A stretch of 63,988 nt of DNA, counting the filler, from Octopus bimaculoides (Eukaryota): the NCBI RefSeq assembly GCF_001194135.2. It is 4 parts of 4 records of this genome, joined end to end, with 100 filler letters (N's around TTAATTAATTAA, not from the genome) between each part and the next. Parts side by side here need not be neighbours in the genome. Positions count along the whole stretch, not along the records: positions 24,433 to 55,704 come from NC_068983.1; 3 more parts are not named here. One strand, 5' to 3'. The translations under genes were made by a program, and so were the position numbers. Under the pieces are notes generated by a model that saw only the letters and a list, made by a program, of their open reading frames with translations, was not told the origin of the DNA and did not search any database. Positions within the stretch are counted from its first letter, which is position 1. Every line of letters begins with the position of its first letter. Below, piece after piece: positions 37,869 through 52,435 of this stretch.

Positions 37869-38367
37869 TAATCGCTTAAAATATTTCTGAAGTTATTGGT
37901 AAGAAAACAATTAAGTATGTTATTGTTTTGGTAAGGGAATACTAATACCTTTTAGGTGTTTGTAGCAGGTGGCTGGGTGGGAGTGAGGGGGGAGGGGACA
38001 TTGTGTTTTTGAAAGTGATGTTAATGGGACATTTAGAAATGTATTTTTTTAAGAATACATTTATAAATGTATGTTGTTATATTGTTTAGGGGACAATAAT
38101 GTATGTTACAGTATTGCTAAAGGTATATGTGCGTGTGTGTGTATATATGTATATATATATATATATGTTTGTTAAGGGTGCATTTTTTAAATGTTTGTTG
38201 TTGCATTAATGGTATGTTTAGAAATATAATTGTTGGGTACATATAGAAATGTCTATTGTGATGTTTGTTAAGGGTACATATAGTAATGGTTCTTTCATAT
38301 CTAATATTGATTGGATGAATGTATGGTTAGATATATTTATCAGCAAAGTTGGTCACCGGGTTTATTT

Positions 38368-38533
38368 CTATTCATCTGATGATATGAGTTTGCCATCGTC
38401 TTTCAGAGCACCGTTCAAATTAATGTAAAAGCCTTCGATGGAGGGCGGCATAGCAGCTTCCACTAAGCCTCGTGGTACCATACCGCCCAGATCTGGTTGA
38501 ATCAGGTTCACCAGTTTGGTCTTGTTTGGTTCA
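38368..38533 (-). CDS. STARD5: STARD5-like last coding exon
   Basis: ttccag acceptor, phase 2: EPNKTKLVNLIQPDLGGMVPRGLVEAAMPPSIEGFYINLNGALKDDGKLISSDE*. Confidence 0.9.
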
Positions 38534-39784
38534 CTGGAAAATAAATAAGGAATAAAATATAAAAGACGTTAGCATAGAATTAGATGTAGAGATAGAATGG
38601 CTACTGCAGCAAATGCCACTGGCCATTCTCTGCAGCAACTCATCACAGTCATTACCATGGGGTAACTGACCACACTATTTGTTCTAAGATATGCGACCCA
38701 TCACCCATCCCTGTCTGTCTTCAGCTGCTTTAACTCCACCCCACTTGTCTAGTGGCCATAGTAAAAATGTTGTGTGATGGCTAAGACTGAAATGATTAAA
38801 GCAAACGTCTTCTTTTTTTGTCATATCCTCTGTAGCGCTTCCAGGCTACACTTGGAAAGTAAAGAGAAGATGGAAGAGGAAGTGTTCTCCTCCAACAAAT
38901 TTGTCGAAAGATGAGTTACTGTCACAAAAATGATTAGAGTGAATGGAACTAATCGTGCACATGTAAAATAGAGAACAACAGTTGGGTGAGAGTTCAAATC
39001 CCTATTGGTGCCTCACTTCTATCAAGATTGCACAATCCATATATATCCACATATATTATACACAATGTATACCTTTTATCTCATTTATTCCCTCCTCCTC
39101 TCCTTTTCTCCTTCCTCACTAGCTTCATGTAAACCTTAACATAAATTATTTCAAATTTTTGCACAAGGCCAACAATTTTGGGAGTTAAGTTGATTTCCTC
39201 AGCCCCAGTGCTCAACTGGTACTTATAAAGTCCTTATAATATCCCCTTCATCGGACGTTCCTATGACAAATAAAAAGAATTTTCAACATCATTGTCATCA
39301 TCATCATCATCATCATCATTCAGTGAACTGATAGAATCATTAAGGAGTTGGACAAAATGTCTTACAGTATTTCTTCCAACCCTTTCTGAGTTTGAGTATC
39401 AAAGGTCAACTTTGCATTTCATCTTTTTGGAATCAATAAATACGTTATTCAAGTATTGGGGTTGATAACAAAGACTAACACCCCACCCCTCAAAATTGCT
39501 GGCCTTATGTCAAAAACTAAAGGTTTTGTTATAATTATTATTACTATTAAATGTAATTTAGGTACAAAGACAGAAATTTTTAGAGGATGTGGCTAGTATA
39601 TTTGACCACAGAAAGATGAAAGGTATATATGATCTTGGTAAGAATTGAACTCCAATATCAACTTTGCCTCTTCAAATTCACAATTAAGTATTGCCTGTCA
39701 ACATTGTTGAGAATCAACGAAGTAGATAATCTAGATGTTATCATATGAACTGTGCAAACCATGTAGTAGTAGTAGTAGTCTTAC

Positions 39785-39878
39785 TTGGGAACTCGGCAAC
39801 AGATTAATCCACAAGGATGATTCCATCCCCTTACATAAGCAGACAATGGAGGACATTGCTCTGATTCAATGCTGACAG
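39785..39878 (-). CDS. STARD5: STARD5-like internal exon
   Basis: 94-bp exon (ttcag/GTAAG): (A)VSIESEQCPPLSAYVRGWNHPCGLICCRVP(N). Compare STARD5 CPPKPGFVRGFNHPCG. Confidence 0.9.
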
Positions 39879-40249
39879 CTGAAAAAGAAATATATGAAAA
39901 CGCATTGATAAATATTATTAAAATATTCTCATGCAGTATTTGAAAACCTTAAACAATTTTACATATATTTTCTTAGATGTAACTAGTTTCTGTTTTAAGA
40001 AGGAAAATTTCTCAAACCTAGAATAATAAAGGCAAAGATAATGGATTTCACTTTATTTTACTGTCTGTTAACTTATACTATCTTAAACAACTTGGGTTAA
40101 CACTTGTTGTGAAGATGGAGGAGAACAAGAGATTGCAGAACTGGTGAGATAACAGACAGCAAGACTCTAAATTAGTGTTTTATATCATAGCTTGGCTTTG
40201 TAAATGAAGAGTGACAAAGTGATTCCACATCAATTAAGAAACACACTGC

Positions 40250-41870
40250 TTGCTGACCAGGCTCTTATGAAACAGGCTGACCTGGCTACAGAGACTGCAA
40301 GGAAAATTCTGTTTTTGGGTTTGATGCTGCTTTGTCATGGTTCTTACTTATTTGCCGTTTAACCTAAAATTCAGTCTGTCGTTCATTCTTGGAGGTGACA
40401 GATCAATGAGTGGTATATCAAAGGATTTCTTCAAAGAGTAGTATCTTTTTCTTCGTGCCCCTCTGCAACAGCAGCCAGTGGTAAGTTTGTCATTCAGCAC
40501 AGTCTTGGGCAAACAATATATTTTTCATCTTGGAAATGTTCACTTCCTTGGGCAACTGTAACTCTAACAGCATGGCCTCTATACGGCTAACTTACACCTG
40601 TTCCAAGACTTCAGTGTTACTAACAAAGCTATTCCTGCAGGTGTTGAAATTACTATGAAAGCAGTCAACCAAGGCTGACAATCCCAGTTTACTTTCTGCT
40701 TGGGATTTAGTCAAACTTAGGCCAAATCATTTGAGCCACAGCACAATATGTTTGAAAATTTCTGCCAGCAGTTGCTTTTAAATATGAAATTGCTTCTAAA
40801 TAGCAACACAATGACACAATGTTCTTTTTTCAGCAAGTGTGATGGAATGGTAAGTTCATATTCTCAGGAAAATATTGCTGTGGCTTTAGTTTGCTGTGAT
40901 CTGATTACTAGCAATGTTGGTAAGAATGTTGATCCCAAGTCTTAGCAAAAAATTCAGATACTGATGTTGATAACAGAAAGTTGTTTCATGTGGTGAGGTA
41001 ACCAATTTAGTGAGGTCTTCGATTAAAATTCAGTTTGCTTGTTATGTAATTTTACTTGGATGCTGTCAGGCCATGATGCTGGTAGGGAGAAAGGGATAAA
41101 TTCACTATGTGCAATGAGGATTGTTTACTCTATAAATAAACATGGGCCAGGTAGGGGTAGAGAGGTCTTTCTAAGGTATCAGTGGCTAATACTTTGAAGT
41201 TCATTAACAAGGCATATCTTTGATGACAACATTAGTATATAGCAGTTTTACTGTCATAGCTATTTGTAAGGCTTGAGATTGTTGAACTGTAGGAGTGTAT
41301 ATGTTCTTATAGGATATTCAAGTTAAATAACCTGACAAAGTCAGTGATCTTGTTTTGTCACATTATTCTCAATGAATAAGCCAAACAATGGATCACTTTT
41401 CATTTCCACTCAGTAAGAACCATTCATTGAATAGGAGAGACTTCCTGCATTCTTATATTGTGGTCTAGTTAATTGTTTCCCAAAAGTTTAGGGCTTTCAG
41501 AGGATTTCTGAAAGAGCAAATATCCTTGACATCAAGTTAAATAAATCTGCAGGCTGCTTTAGTCTTGGTGTCATGGAATCAGTTGATGTCAAGTGAAAAT
41601 CTTTCAATACTATGGCCCTTCAGATATCAGAGTTGATAGCATCAAGAATTTACTGACTAAGTCAATCTTACTCTGGGACAAATTGATTAGCCTGCATTTA
41701 GAATTAGAAAGAACATTGGATTTTTGAGTCTTAGGAGCAATATAGGGGTCACATGGTAATTTGGTCCACTTGGCAAGTAACAGATTACTAAATACAAGAT
41801 GACCAGACTGTCCCCTCAACTGTGTGGTAGCATGTATGAAATTAACAGGTGTCTCTGTTTTATCAGACTG
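40250..41870 (-). mobile_element. Highly degenerate LINE (CR1/L2-like)
   Basis: Non-repetitive 1.6 kb with stop-riddled fragments (e.g. FFAKTWDQ, PWLTAF) resembling the EN-RT linker. Confidence 0.35.
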
Positions 41871-42100
41871 TTCACTCTTGAACTAATCAAATATTCTCAA
41901 CCTGAAGCCATCTTTTGATTCTCCTTAATCTAATTCAGTATGTCTAAAGATGTAGATAGATATCTGCATTTTGAGTCCCTGAGAAATGTTGAGCTTAATC
42001 AACTTGTTAAATATCACATGTATATATGTGTGTGCATGTGTATGCTAGTATGTTTGTGTGTGTACATGTATGTATATATGTATTAAAATTCGAAACTCAC

Positions 42101-42215
42101 CACAAGTTGCTATATATTTATCAGTATTGACTGCATAGATGACATCAACAAAATCCCTTGGAGAGATTAGTCCAATACAGGCACTGCTCGTGTATGTCCT
42201 CATCACCCTTAGATC
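42101..42215 (-). CDS. STARD5: START-domain lipid-transfer protein (STARD4/5/6 subfamily), internal exon
   Basis: 115-bp exon (tttcag/GTGAGT): DLRVMRTYTSSACIGLISPRDFVDVIYAVNTDKYIATC. ISPRDFVD is the STARD4/5/6 hallmark. Confidence 0.9.
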
Positions 42216-44009
42216 CTGAAAAACACCGACGGTAAAGACAGCCAATTATTAATGTTGTTGTTGTTGTTGTTGTTGTTGTTGTCAAACATAATGATTTGTG
42301 GTTTTTTTGTTCCTGCTCTTCAAATTCTGCTGTTGTCAACTTCACCTTACATCCTACCTGGATTGATAAAATACAATACCAGTCTAGTACTAAGATTAAT
42401 GGTACTGACTCCTCTACTCTCCTTAGAACTGCTGATTTTATGCCTCAATTAGAAACCATTATTGTTGTTGCTGTTGTTGTTGTTGTTGTTGTTACAAAGT
42501 TCTCCCTTCCCCAGTAAATTTGCTGCAAAATGCATAAGAGTGTTTAACATTGCCTGAGTAAATGAACCTGCTCTGAATAGATGCTGTAAAACACATGAAG
42601 AATTTTGGAGAGAGTAAATGTGATTAGACAGAGCAGTTGAGTTCCTTAATTATTCGAAAGTGGTTGTTCCTTTTAGGAGACATATCTTAACATATAAAAG
42701 CTAATGTAGGTAACTTTGTATATATGTATGTACACATGTATGTGTATATGATCATGTGTATACATATATATTCATGCATGTATGTGGGTTTTATCTAAGT
42801 TCTTTACAGAACTGACCCTTTAGCACTGTAACCTACCATATCAGACCAAAATATGTAACCAGTTTTATGTTGAGACTGGCCAGATCTGGCCTCTCACCTC
42901 AACTCTACAATGTCATTCTAAAACTAAACAATTACATCATCATAATCTCTGAACTACAAGATAATGCATGATTAATTCAAAATAATATAAATAAACAAAC
43001 ATTACATTTGACAGGATAATCTGAATACTAAAGGCTTGCAGTCAGACACTAATAAAGTGAAAAGTCTTTTAGTATTAGTCAAGACATTAAACATATATGA
43101 ATTTATATATANNNNNNNNNNNNNNNNNNNNNNNNNNNNNNNNNNNNNNNNNNNNNNNNNNNNNNNNNNNNNNNNNNNNNNNNNNNNNNNNNNNNNNNNN
43201 NNNNNNNNNNNNNNNNNNNNNNNNNNNNNNNNNNNNNNNNNNNNNNNNNNNNNNNNNNNNNNNNNNNNNNNNNNNNNNNNNNNNNNNNNNNNNNNNNNNN
43301 NNNNNNNNNNNNNNNNNNNNNNNNNTTTACATAGGTTAACATCTTTTTGAAAAGGAAGGACAATGGTTACATGTCTTTTTAAGCTCTCTATTTGATTTAT
43401 TATTTTACACATATTTGTGGAACTCAGCCCAAACCATCTTTTGAATTTCCTTCATTAAACCATCCTAAGTAAACTAACATTCCCAGACCAAATGAAGATT
43501 GAGTGGTAAGAAGTTTGCTTCCCAACCACATGGTTCCTGGTTCAGTCCCACTGCATGGCGCTTTGGGTAAATGTCTTCTACTATAGCCTTGGGCCAACCA
43601 AAGCTTTGTGAGTGGATTTGGTAGAAATTGAAACAAGCCTGTCGTGTGTGTGCCTGTGTGTCTTTGTGCTTGTGTTTGTTCTCCCATCACCACTTAACAA
43701 CCAGTGTGGGTGTGTTTACATCCCTGTGACATAGCTATTCAGCAAAAGAGACCGATAGAATAAGAACCAGCCTTGAAAATAAGTACTGCGGTCGATTCAT
43801 TCAGCTAAAAAATTCAAGGTGGTGCCCCAGTATGACTGCAGTTAAATGACTGGAACAAGTAAAAGATAAAAAAGACAAGAATATAAGTACAGAAATTAAG
43901 TCATCCAAAATATAACAAAATCATGTAATTATATCTATTTTAGATATTAATAAACTTTGAACAAGGTCATATACTGCTGCTAGTACAGTATATTTCCCAT
44001 GATTTAAAA

Positions 44010-44320
44010 GGTGGTATGAAAAGTTTCCAGGATTAGATATGTTTGATAAAATATAACTTATTTAACTAAGTTTTAGCATCATTTCCTTCACAATAGTCAC
44101 CTTGCACTGCAATGCACAGGTACCAGCACTGCAATGCACAGGTACCAGCATTGCTGCCACGTTTGGAATCTGACCTGGAAGTCATTTTCCCTAAGCACCT
44201 GGATCTTGACAACAATGTTAAAACTGCAACCTTTGAGTTGCATTTTCATTTTGGGAAAGAAATGAAAGTCCACACGTGCTAAATCTGGCAAATAGGGTGG
44301 GTGTGGAAGCATGCTGGATG
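44010..44320 (-). mobile_element. Mariner transposase C-terminal fragment
   Basis: LPHPPYLPDLARVDFHFFPKMKMQLKG (YSPDL motif). Contains a 21-bp tandem duplication at about 44105-44150. Confidence 0.8.
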
Positions 44321-44743
44321 AAAGGCACAACAGTAATTTGCCCATCACTACGTTCTGAGTTCAAATTCCGCCAAGGTCAACTTTACCTTTTGTCTGTTCA
44401 GGGTCAATTGAACACTGGGTTTGATGTGATCAAATCAGCCCCTCCCACAAAATTGCTGCCTTTGGGGCAAAACCTGAAACTATTATTATTACAATCATAA
44501 TTGATAGAGCTCATACATTCTAATCCCTGCTTCCTTCAAAAACTGCTGGCCCTGAGTCAAAATTTAAGACATTATTATTATCATCATCATCATCATCAAC
44601 ATCATCATCATCATCATCATCATTATTATTGTTATTATTACTATTATTATTATTATGTTTGTTTAAGGTTCTCTATTTTTACCATCCCAGATTGTAATAA
44701 TCAATTTTGGGTGTTGTCTATAAATCACATAATGTGTGTGTTC

Positions 44744-44774
<31 letters not shown>

Positions 44775-45906
44775 TCTTGTTGCATACATACTGTGTTTCG
44801 ATGTTGTTGTTAGAGTCCTGTCATTGGGTTTTTCAATTCCCTTGTGCTATATTCATAGCAAGTGCATCTATTAACCCAACCTATCTCTCTCCCAGTTATA
44901 TTTTAATGGCAGTTTATAAGAATAAAATTCTAGAAGTCAAACAAAATATTTCTTTAAACAAATAGAATGTCCATCTGAAATAATGTTATTGTGTAACTCC
45001 AGGTCAACTCAAACACAGTTGACCTATCATCAAAGTCCTTTTTCTCTCGGGCATTAACAAACTCCCAGATTATATAAAACAATGTATACTTTTTAAGATG
45101 TAATTTAGGGTCATTTGGTTGCTATTTCTAACAGATTAATTAGCAAAGCAGATGCTCCCTAGAGAGGTCATCATACTTAAATAATAGATTTGTTGAGTAT
45201 ATGCATCTGAAAAACCGATTATTTCAAAACTGTAGTTGTAAATGTAACCCTAAATTCCTCAAGACAATATGTAGTGACATCAGAGATGAAGGGGAAAATA
45301 GAATGATTTTGGAAGGCAATTTTTGAAAAATGTTTACAATAAAGCACAGGCATTGCTGTGTGGCAAGAAGCTTGCTTCCCAACCATATGATCATGGGTTA
45401 AGTCCCACTGTGAGGACAAGTGTTTCCTACTATAGCCTCAGGCTGACCAAAGCTTTGTGAGTAGATTTGGTTGATGGAAACTGAAAGAAACCCATTGTGT
45501 ATATACATACATATATAGATATTGTTAGCACTCTGTCAGTAACGATGATGAGTGTTCCAGTTGATCCGATCAACAGAACAGCCTGCTCATGAAATTAACG
45601 TGCAAGTGGCTGAACACTCCGCAGACACGTGTACCCTTAATGTAGTTCTTGGGGACATTCAGCGTGACACAGAGTGTGACAAGGCTGGCCCTTTGAAATA
45701 CAGGTACAACAGAAGCAGGAAGAAAGAGTGAGAGAAAGTTGTGGTGAAAGAGTACAGCAGGGTTCACCACGCCCCTNNNNNNNNNNNNNNNNNNNNNNNN
45801 NNNNNNNNNNNNNNNNNNNNNNNNNNNNNNNNNNNNNNNNNNNNNNNNNNNNNNNNNNNNNNNNNNNNNNNNNNNNNNNNNNNNNNNNNNNNNNNNNNNN
45901 NNNNNN

Positions 45907-45953
<47 letters not shown>

Positions 45954-45961
45954 TATATGTT

Positions 45962-46005
<44 letters not shown>

Positions 46006-49000
46006 TTTATGTCTGTGTTTGTACTCCACTGCCACTTGACAAGCAGTGTTGGTGTGTTTATACCCCCATAACTTAGCAGTTCAGCAAGAGACTGACAGAA
46101 TAAGTACTGGGCTCCAAAAAATAAATCCTGGAGTTGATTTATTCGACTGAAAAAAAAAAAATATTCAAGGTGGTGCCCCAGCATGGCCTTAGTCAAATAA
46201 TTGAAACAAGTAAAAGAATAATGACGGAAGTAAGTCTTGGTTATTCAAGTTTACTGTTTTAACCTTTTACTTGTTTCATTCTTTGGATAAGACCAGGCTG
46301 AGACAGTACAAACCATAGCCTATAACTTTGTTTCATTGAACTGGAACATAACATCACTACAAACTACTCCAAAACTCTTCCCAACTATGCTAAAAATCTA
46401 ACATTATAAATCTAACATTAAACAGCAGTATTTCATAAGAGAATGTAGTATCAGAAATATTGATTGTTAAGAGAGCAATTTAAGAAATAAACTATTCGTT
46501 TTAGTTGCTAACTTTTAAGCTCATCAGAAATAATGTGACCTCTTAATGGAAAGCAAAGTAGTAAATCCTGGTTGCAGCAAAATATATTCTACCAAGAAAT
46601 TAAATAAAGATTTTGAAACAACATGAATTTAAAGCCAAGACAATAGAAGAGAAAGGCATTAAACTGGCACATATGTGACTGATAATGAATAAACTTAAAA
46701 GTGTTACCAATAATTACATCAGATGATTGGCAATGAAAATGTGACTGTGTCTGGTTGAACAAATACAACAATAATAATTGCTATATAGAAACAAGACATC
46801 ACTACTAGAGACATTCATAGGAATATCAATTTCTTGAAACAATATACACTATTGATACAATGTCAACACATAACAGTATAACAAGATATTTTATATGCTT
46901 GGTCATTCTATTTCAAATCATTACATTAAAAAACTTTTGTGATACTCATATGAACCTCCCCCATCTGTCTTAGAATCCGTAAATATAAATATGAATATTC
47001 AATGGAATTTGTGTATGAAACTGATGCACAAAATAATTCGTAAGAAGCCTGATATCATTTTACCTGGGTTTTGCTAATGATTATTAAAATAACAGAATAA
47101 ACATAGTTGAATGAGCTAAGGAAAAACATTCAAATTTTATACTGCCATAACTGTTAAATCAAAGACCTGCATCAAATGACATCGACATTACCACCACCAT
47201 TACCACCACTGCCACCAACTCCATCATCATCATAATAATCATCACCATTACCACCATATATATACCTGATACAACAAGAATGTTACACATCCCTTCTGCT
47301 AAGGTTACAACTAAGGATAGGTGAGGAATTGGCAATTATTAGAGCATCAGTTAGAATGCCATATTGTATTTGTTGTTTTGACTTTCTGCACACTGAGTTC
47401 AAATCCTACAAAGAATAACTTTGCATTTCATCCATTTGAGGGTCATTAAAACACATTACCAATCTAAGGCAAGGAATTGGCAGAATTGTTAGAACATTGC
47501 ATGAGGCACCTGACTGTATCTGTTCCAACACTTCACATTCTGACAGTAATGCCTGCAATAACACTGATTCCAAAATGCTTCAGTTTTAGCCAGTACCATG
47601 GACATATCATTGATGGCATGAGAGAGAATGTTTGCATACATGGGTAACTTTTAGTTTTGCCTTAATCTGGAAATTTCTAGATGCAGAAGTCCAGGATCAG
47701 ACATGACTGAAGGAAACACTAGATGATTCACGGGCACCTTTTAAGAAGTTGACAACATGAGACATGGTTACTCATCCGATGAGTTGTACTACTAAAAAAA
47801 TTCAAGGTAATTTTTTATTCGATGTGGTTCCATTCAGAAAGTCTCATGGACTGTGGTTTACCCGAGACTGCCCTAGTCTCATAGTAATAGACATAAGTAT
47901 GTTCCAGAAAATGGCAATACCAAGATATATAAATATCATAAGAGTATTCCTTCAAAGTTTGCTAGGCGTGACTGTATGGTAAGAAATTTGTTTCTCAACC
48001 ACATGGTTCCAGGCTCATTCCCTCCATGTAGTACCTTGGGCAAGTGATTTTTCTAGCAGAGTACTGAGCCAAACAAAGCCTTGATAATGGATTTGGAAGA
48101 CATCATCATTGTCGTCATCATCGTCTTCATCATTCAATATCCATGTTCCATGCTGGCATGGATTAGAAGGTTTAAAATGGATCTCATGAGTCAAATGACT
48201 GCATCATGTTCCAGTGACTGCTTTGGCATGGTTTCTATAGCTGGATGCCTTTCCTAATGTCAGGCATTTACTTTGTATACAGGGTGCTTTTTCATGCTGC
48301 CAGCATTATTAAGGTCACCATACAGCTCATAAGTCAACAAACCCAGGGTGAGAGGATACTGGATCCATTCAGAAGTAGGGTTAAGATATATATATATATA
48401 TATANNNNNNNNNNNNNNNNNNNNNNNNNNNNNNNNNNNNNNNNNNNNNNNNNNNNNNNNNNNNNNNNNNNNNNNNNNNNNNNNNNNNNNNNNNNNNNNN
48501 NNNNNNNNNNNNNNNNNNNNNNNNNNNNNNNNNNNNNNNNNNNNNNNNNNNNNNNNNNNNNNNNNNNNNNNNNNNNNNNNNNNNNNNNNNNNNNNNNNNN
48601 NNNNNNNNNNNNNNNNNNNNNNNNNNNNNNNNNNNNNNNNNNNNNNNNNNNNNNNNNNNNNNNNNNNNNNNNNNNNNNNNNNNNNNNNNNNNNNNNNNNN
48701 NNNNNNNNNNNNNNNNNNNNNNNNNNNNNNNNNNNNNNNNNNNNNNNNNNNNNNNNNNNNNNNNNNNNNNNNNNNNNNNNNNNNNNNNNNNNNNNNNNNN
48801 NNNNNNNNNNNNNNNNNNNNNNNNNNNNNNNNNNNNNNNNNNNNNNNNNNNNNNNNNNNNNNNNNNNNNNNNNNNNNNNNNNNNNNNNNNNNNNNNNNNN
48901 NNNNNNNNNNNNNNNNNNNNNNNNNNNNNNNNNNNNNNNNNNNNNNNNNNNNNNNNNNNNNNNNNNNNNNNNNNNNNNNNNNNNATATATATATATATAT

Positions 49001-49109
49001 AAAATATTTACATATATATAGAAAGGACAACAAAAGAAAGAAAGAGACCTCGATATTATGTAAATAGAGCAATTTATCTGTAAAAATGTGACATTTATTT
49101 GGTAGCCAG

Positions 49110-49170
49110 GATAAAACTCTGAGTTTCGAATGCTGGGGTGAGAATCCACGCCGCCGTCTCTTCAGTTATC
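49110..49170 (-). ncRNA. Type I hammerhead ribozyme motif in a Penelope-like terminal repeat fragment
   Basis: GATAA-CTGAAGA-GACGGCGG...CCAGCATTC-GAAA-CTCAGAG-TT-TTATC. 5-bp stem I, imperfect stem II. Confidence 0.6.
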
Positions 49171-49783
49171 TGGCCATTGAAAATTCCTGTGAAAAATGAC
49201 CGTTAAGCAAAGGGAAATTACTGTGTGGTTGACCGTTATTAAGACAAAAGAGCTAAGACCGCTAAGTAAGGGGAGGGAGTGAAGGTAAGGGAGTAGAAAA
49301 GTTTATAGGTTTGCGTAAGCGCACCAATCCATACATTCGCCTATATGTATATACTCAACCACGGTTGCTTGAAACACACACATTCTCACCCACATACTCA
49401 CCAAAAATTATATATATATACATATACATATATATACCTGTATACACACCCACACACACATGCGCTCAACACTCACGCACCCATACACATGCATGCAAAA
49501 AAAAATCACAGGGCTAAAAGCAAAATACAGAAGAAAGTGTGAAAAAGCTATAAGGTTAAAACGCATCTGTATGCACATATTTTTGCATGCACGCACATAC
49601 ACCTATATACACACGTACCCGCATACACGCACACATTCACTAAGTGTGTGTGTGTATATATGTATGTATATCTATCTGTCTCTCTATATATATATATATA
49701 TATATATTACGTCATATATAAATATGCAAGTTTGTTTTTGAAGCGTTGAAATGTATTGTAGAACAAGCAGAAAGGTAAATTTA

Positions 49784-49892
49784 TTCAACGCATAAATGCT
49801 GAACTGTATATATATAAAGGATAAAATCCTTTTAAAGGCAAGTTTTTCTGCTTATCCTTTATATATATATATCGTTTAGCATTTACACGTTG

Positions 49893-49893
<1 letters not shown>
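49784..49893. repeat. Foldback palindrome
   Basis: ttcaacg..taaatgctgaac..tatatataaaggataa / ttatcctttatatata..gtttagcattta..cgttgaa. Confidence 0.65.
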
Positions 49894-49929
<36 letters not shown>

Positions 49930-50055
49930 CAAGTAGAAAGAAATTTTTCCCGAGCGTCCAATAACACTATCCGTATCACGTCCTCACTTTGTTGTTTTTT
50001 TGTTATTGTTTTTTGTGTTTTTTTTTGAAACTATATATATACACATCTATCTATA

Positions 50056-50154
50056 TACAAGACAAGGCACAAATAATGGTCATTTCATATTTTTCTTTAT
50101 TGTACTACAATAAAGAAAATTATGTAATGACCATTATTTACACCTTGTCTTGTA
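50056..50154. mobile_element. 99-bp foldback MITE
   Basis: Near-perfect palindrome with a 1-nt loop. A shortened relative lies at 36487-36530. Confidence 0.8.
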
Positions 50155-51424
50155 TGTCACTCTGTGTAGGAACCAGTCCAATAACTGGAGCACAACCATG
50201 GATTTAAAACAGAATGGTGATGAACTATAACCTTGGACATTGCCACAAGAATATGTGGAGCACTTTACTAATCTAAATAATATTGTTAGACTGGTGTACT
50301 AACAGACAGCTTATGAAGTATTTTGCCCTGCTTGATAATCCCTCTCTAATATCTATCTATCTATCTATCTATCTGTCTGTCTGTCTATCTGTCTGTCTGT
50401 TTGTCTATGTATCCACCTTTATCTATATATACATACATAGTGTGTGGGGAGTGCATGTGTATGAATATATATATGCATGTGTTTCTCTGTGTGTCCCTCA
50501 CCACTGCTTGACAACTGGTATTGGTGTGTTTACATCCCCACAACTTAGTGGTTCAGCAAAAGAAACTTATAGAATAAGTACAAAGCTTAACAAAAAATGA
50601 AGTACTGGGGTTGATTCATTCAACTAAAAACTCTTCAAGGTTGTGCCCCAGCATGGCCATAGTTTAATGACTGAAGCAAGTAAGAGGTAAATGATAAAAG
50701 TCATCTAGAAATATTTCAACCTAGCCATGTCATATAGTAGGCAATGCATTAAACCCAAGAATCATGCCATTTGTCAAGTTGAGCTGAAATATAATAACTG
50801 CCTGTTTCTAACTGGTCTTAACTTAAAATGGATTTCTATTCTCTCATTCTTTCATTCTAAATGTCTTTAGGTATGTTCTGTCTGTCAATCAGCTTGACCC
50901 TAGCTGTCTTAACAAATATAATTGATTTGTATTCCTCACATACAATATGTACTCATACAAACACATACAACATACATACACATATATACACAGGCATACA
51001 TATGCATACATTCAACTTCACATAGGCAAAATACTTATATATATGTACTAACTCACACACACATATATCTATCTACAACATTGGCAGATTCTTTTATGTT
51101 TTACATGTACTTATAGACATATATATATGCATAGATTTACATGTCTGTATGTATTTCTATACATATACAGTAGAGTTGTGTGATGTGGAGTGGTATGTTA
51201 AAATATAAGGTTACTTGGCTTAACAGGATTAAAGTATTATTACCAATGTCCCTTCCAGACATGTGTACTGACTGAATCTACAAAGCTACTTTTAATCATC
51301 TTACAAACCTCATATTTACACATTGACCCCACTTTGCATATACATACATATATACATTTACACATTTGTATATCATTTGTGTATATGCATGGATATATGT
51401 TTCTGAATATGTATGTAAGTATGT

Positions 51425-51511
<87 letters not shown>

Positions 51512-51873
51512 TACAGATAAGCTATATATGTACATCATTACTGTACTAAAACATATTTTCAAAGACATATGTATCATAGCTAAGTTTTACTTCAACATCT
51601 GCAGAGAAAATTGCAGAGTTTAGTGTAAATAACAGAAAGGTTTTAAATAGGAGTGGTAGAATAGGACAAAGAGAGAAAGGAAGAATTAAGGATAAAGTTA
51701 AAAAAATAAAAAAATAAAAAAAGAATAGAAGATGGAATGAAAGAACTGAGAGTATCAATAAGGAAGTATGTTAATGAAAGAAAAAAGCAGGGAAGACAAA
51801 ATATGAATAGATGTTAAAAGGGATTGAGAAAGCAACTACAATGAAATTTAGTAATAATGGAGTGGAAACGCAT

Positions 51874-51913
<40 letters not shown>

Positions 51914-52435
51914 NNNNNNNNNNNNNNNNNNNNNNNNNNNNNNNNNNNNNNNNNNNNNNNNNNNNNNNNNNNNNNNNNNNNNNNNNNNNNNNNNNNNNNN
52001 NNNNNNNNNNNNNNNNNNNNNNNNNNNNNNNNNNNNNNNNNNNNNNNNNNNNNNNNNNNNNNNNNNNNNNNNNNNNNNNNNNNNNNNNNNNNNNNNNNNN
52101 NNNNNNNNNNNNNNNNNNNNNNNNNNNNNNNNNNNNNNNNNNNNNNNNNNNNNNNNNNNNNNNNNNNNNNNNNNNNNNNNNNNNNNNNNNNNNNNNNNNN
52201 NNNNNNNNNNNNNNNNNNNNNNNNNNNNNNNNNNNNNNNNNNNNNNNNNNNNNNNNNNNNNNNNNNNNNNNNNNNNNNNNNNNNNNNNNNTTCTTGAAAG
52301 AAAAAAGTAAAGTACAGTTATATGGAAATGGCAGGTTGTGACATAAAAATATTGGTGAGTTATATTAACTGATTAGTGTAACATGGCCCTTGTATGTTGT
52401 TAGCATATGAGTTAAATTTATTAATTTATTAATAT

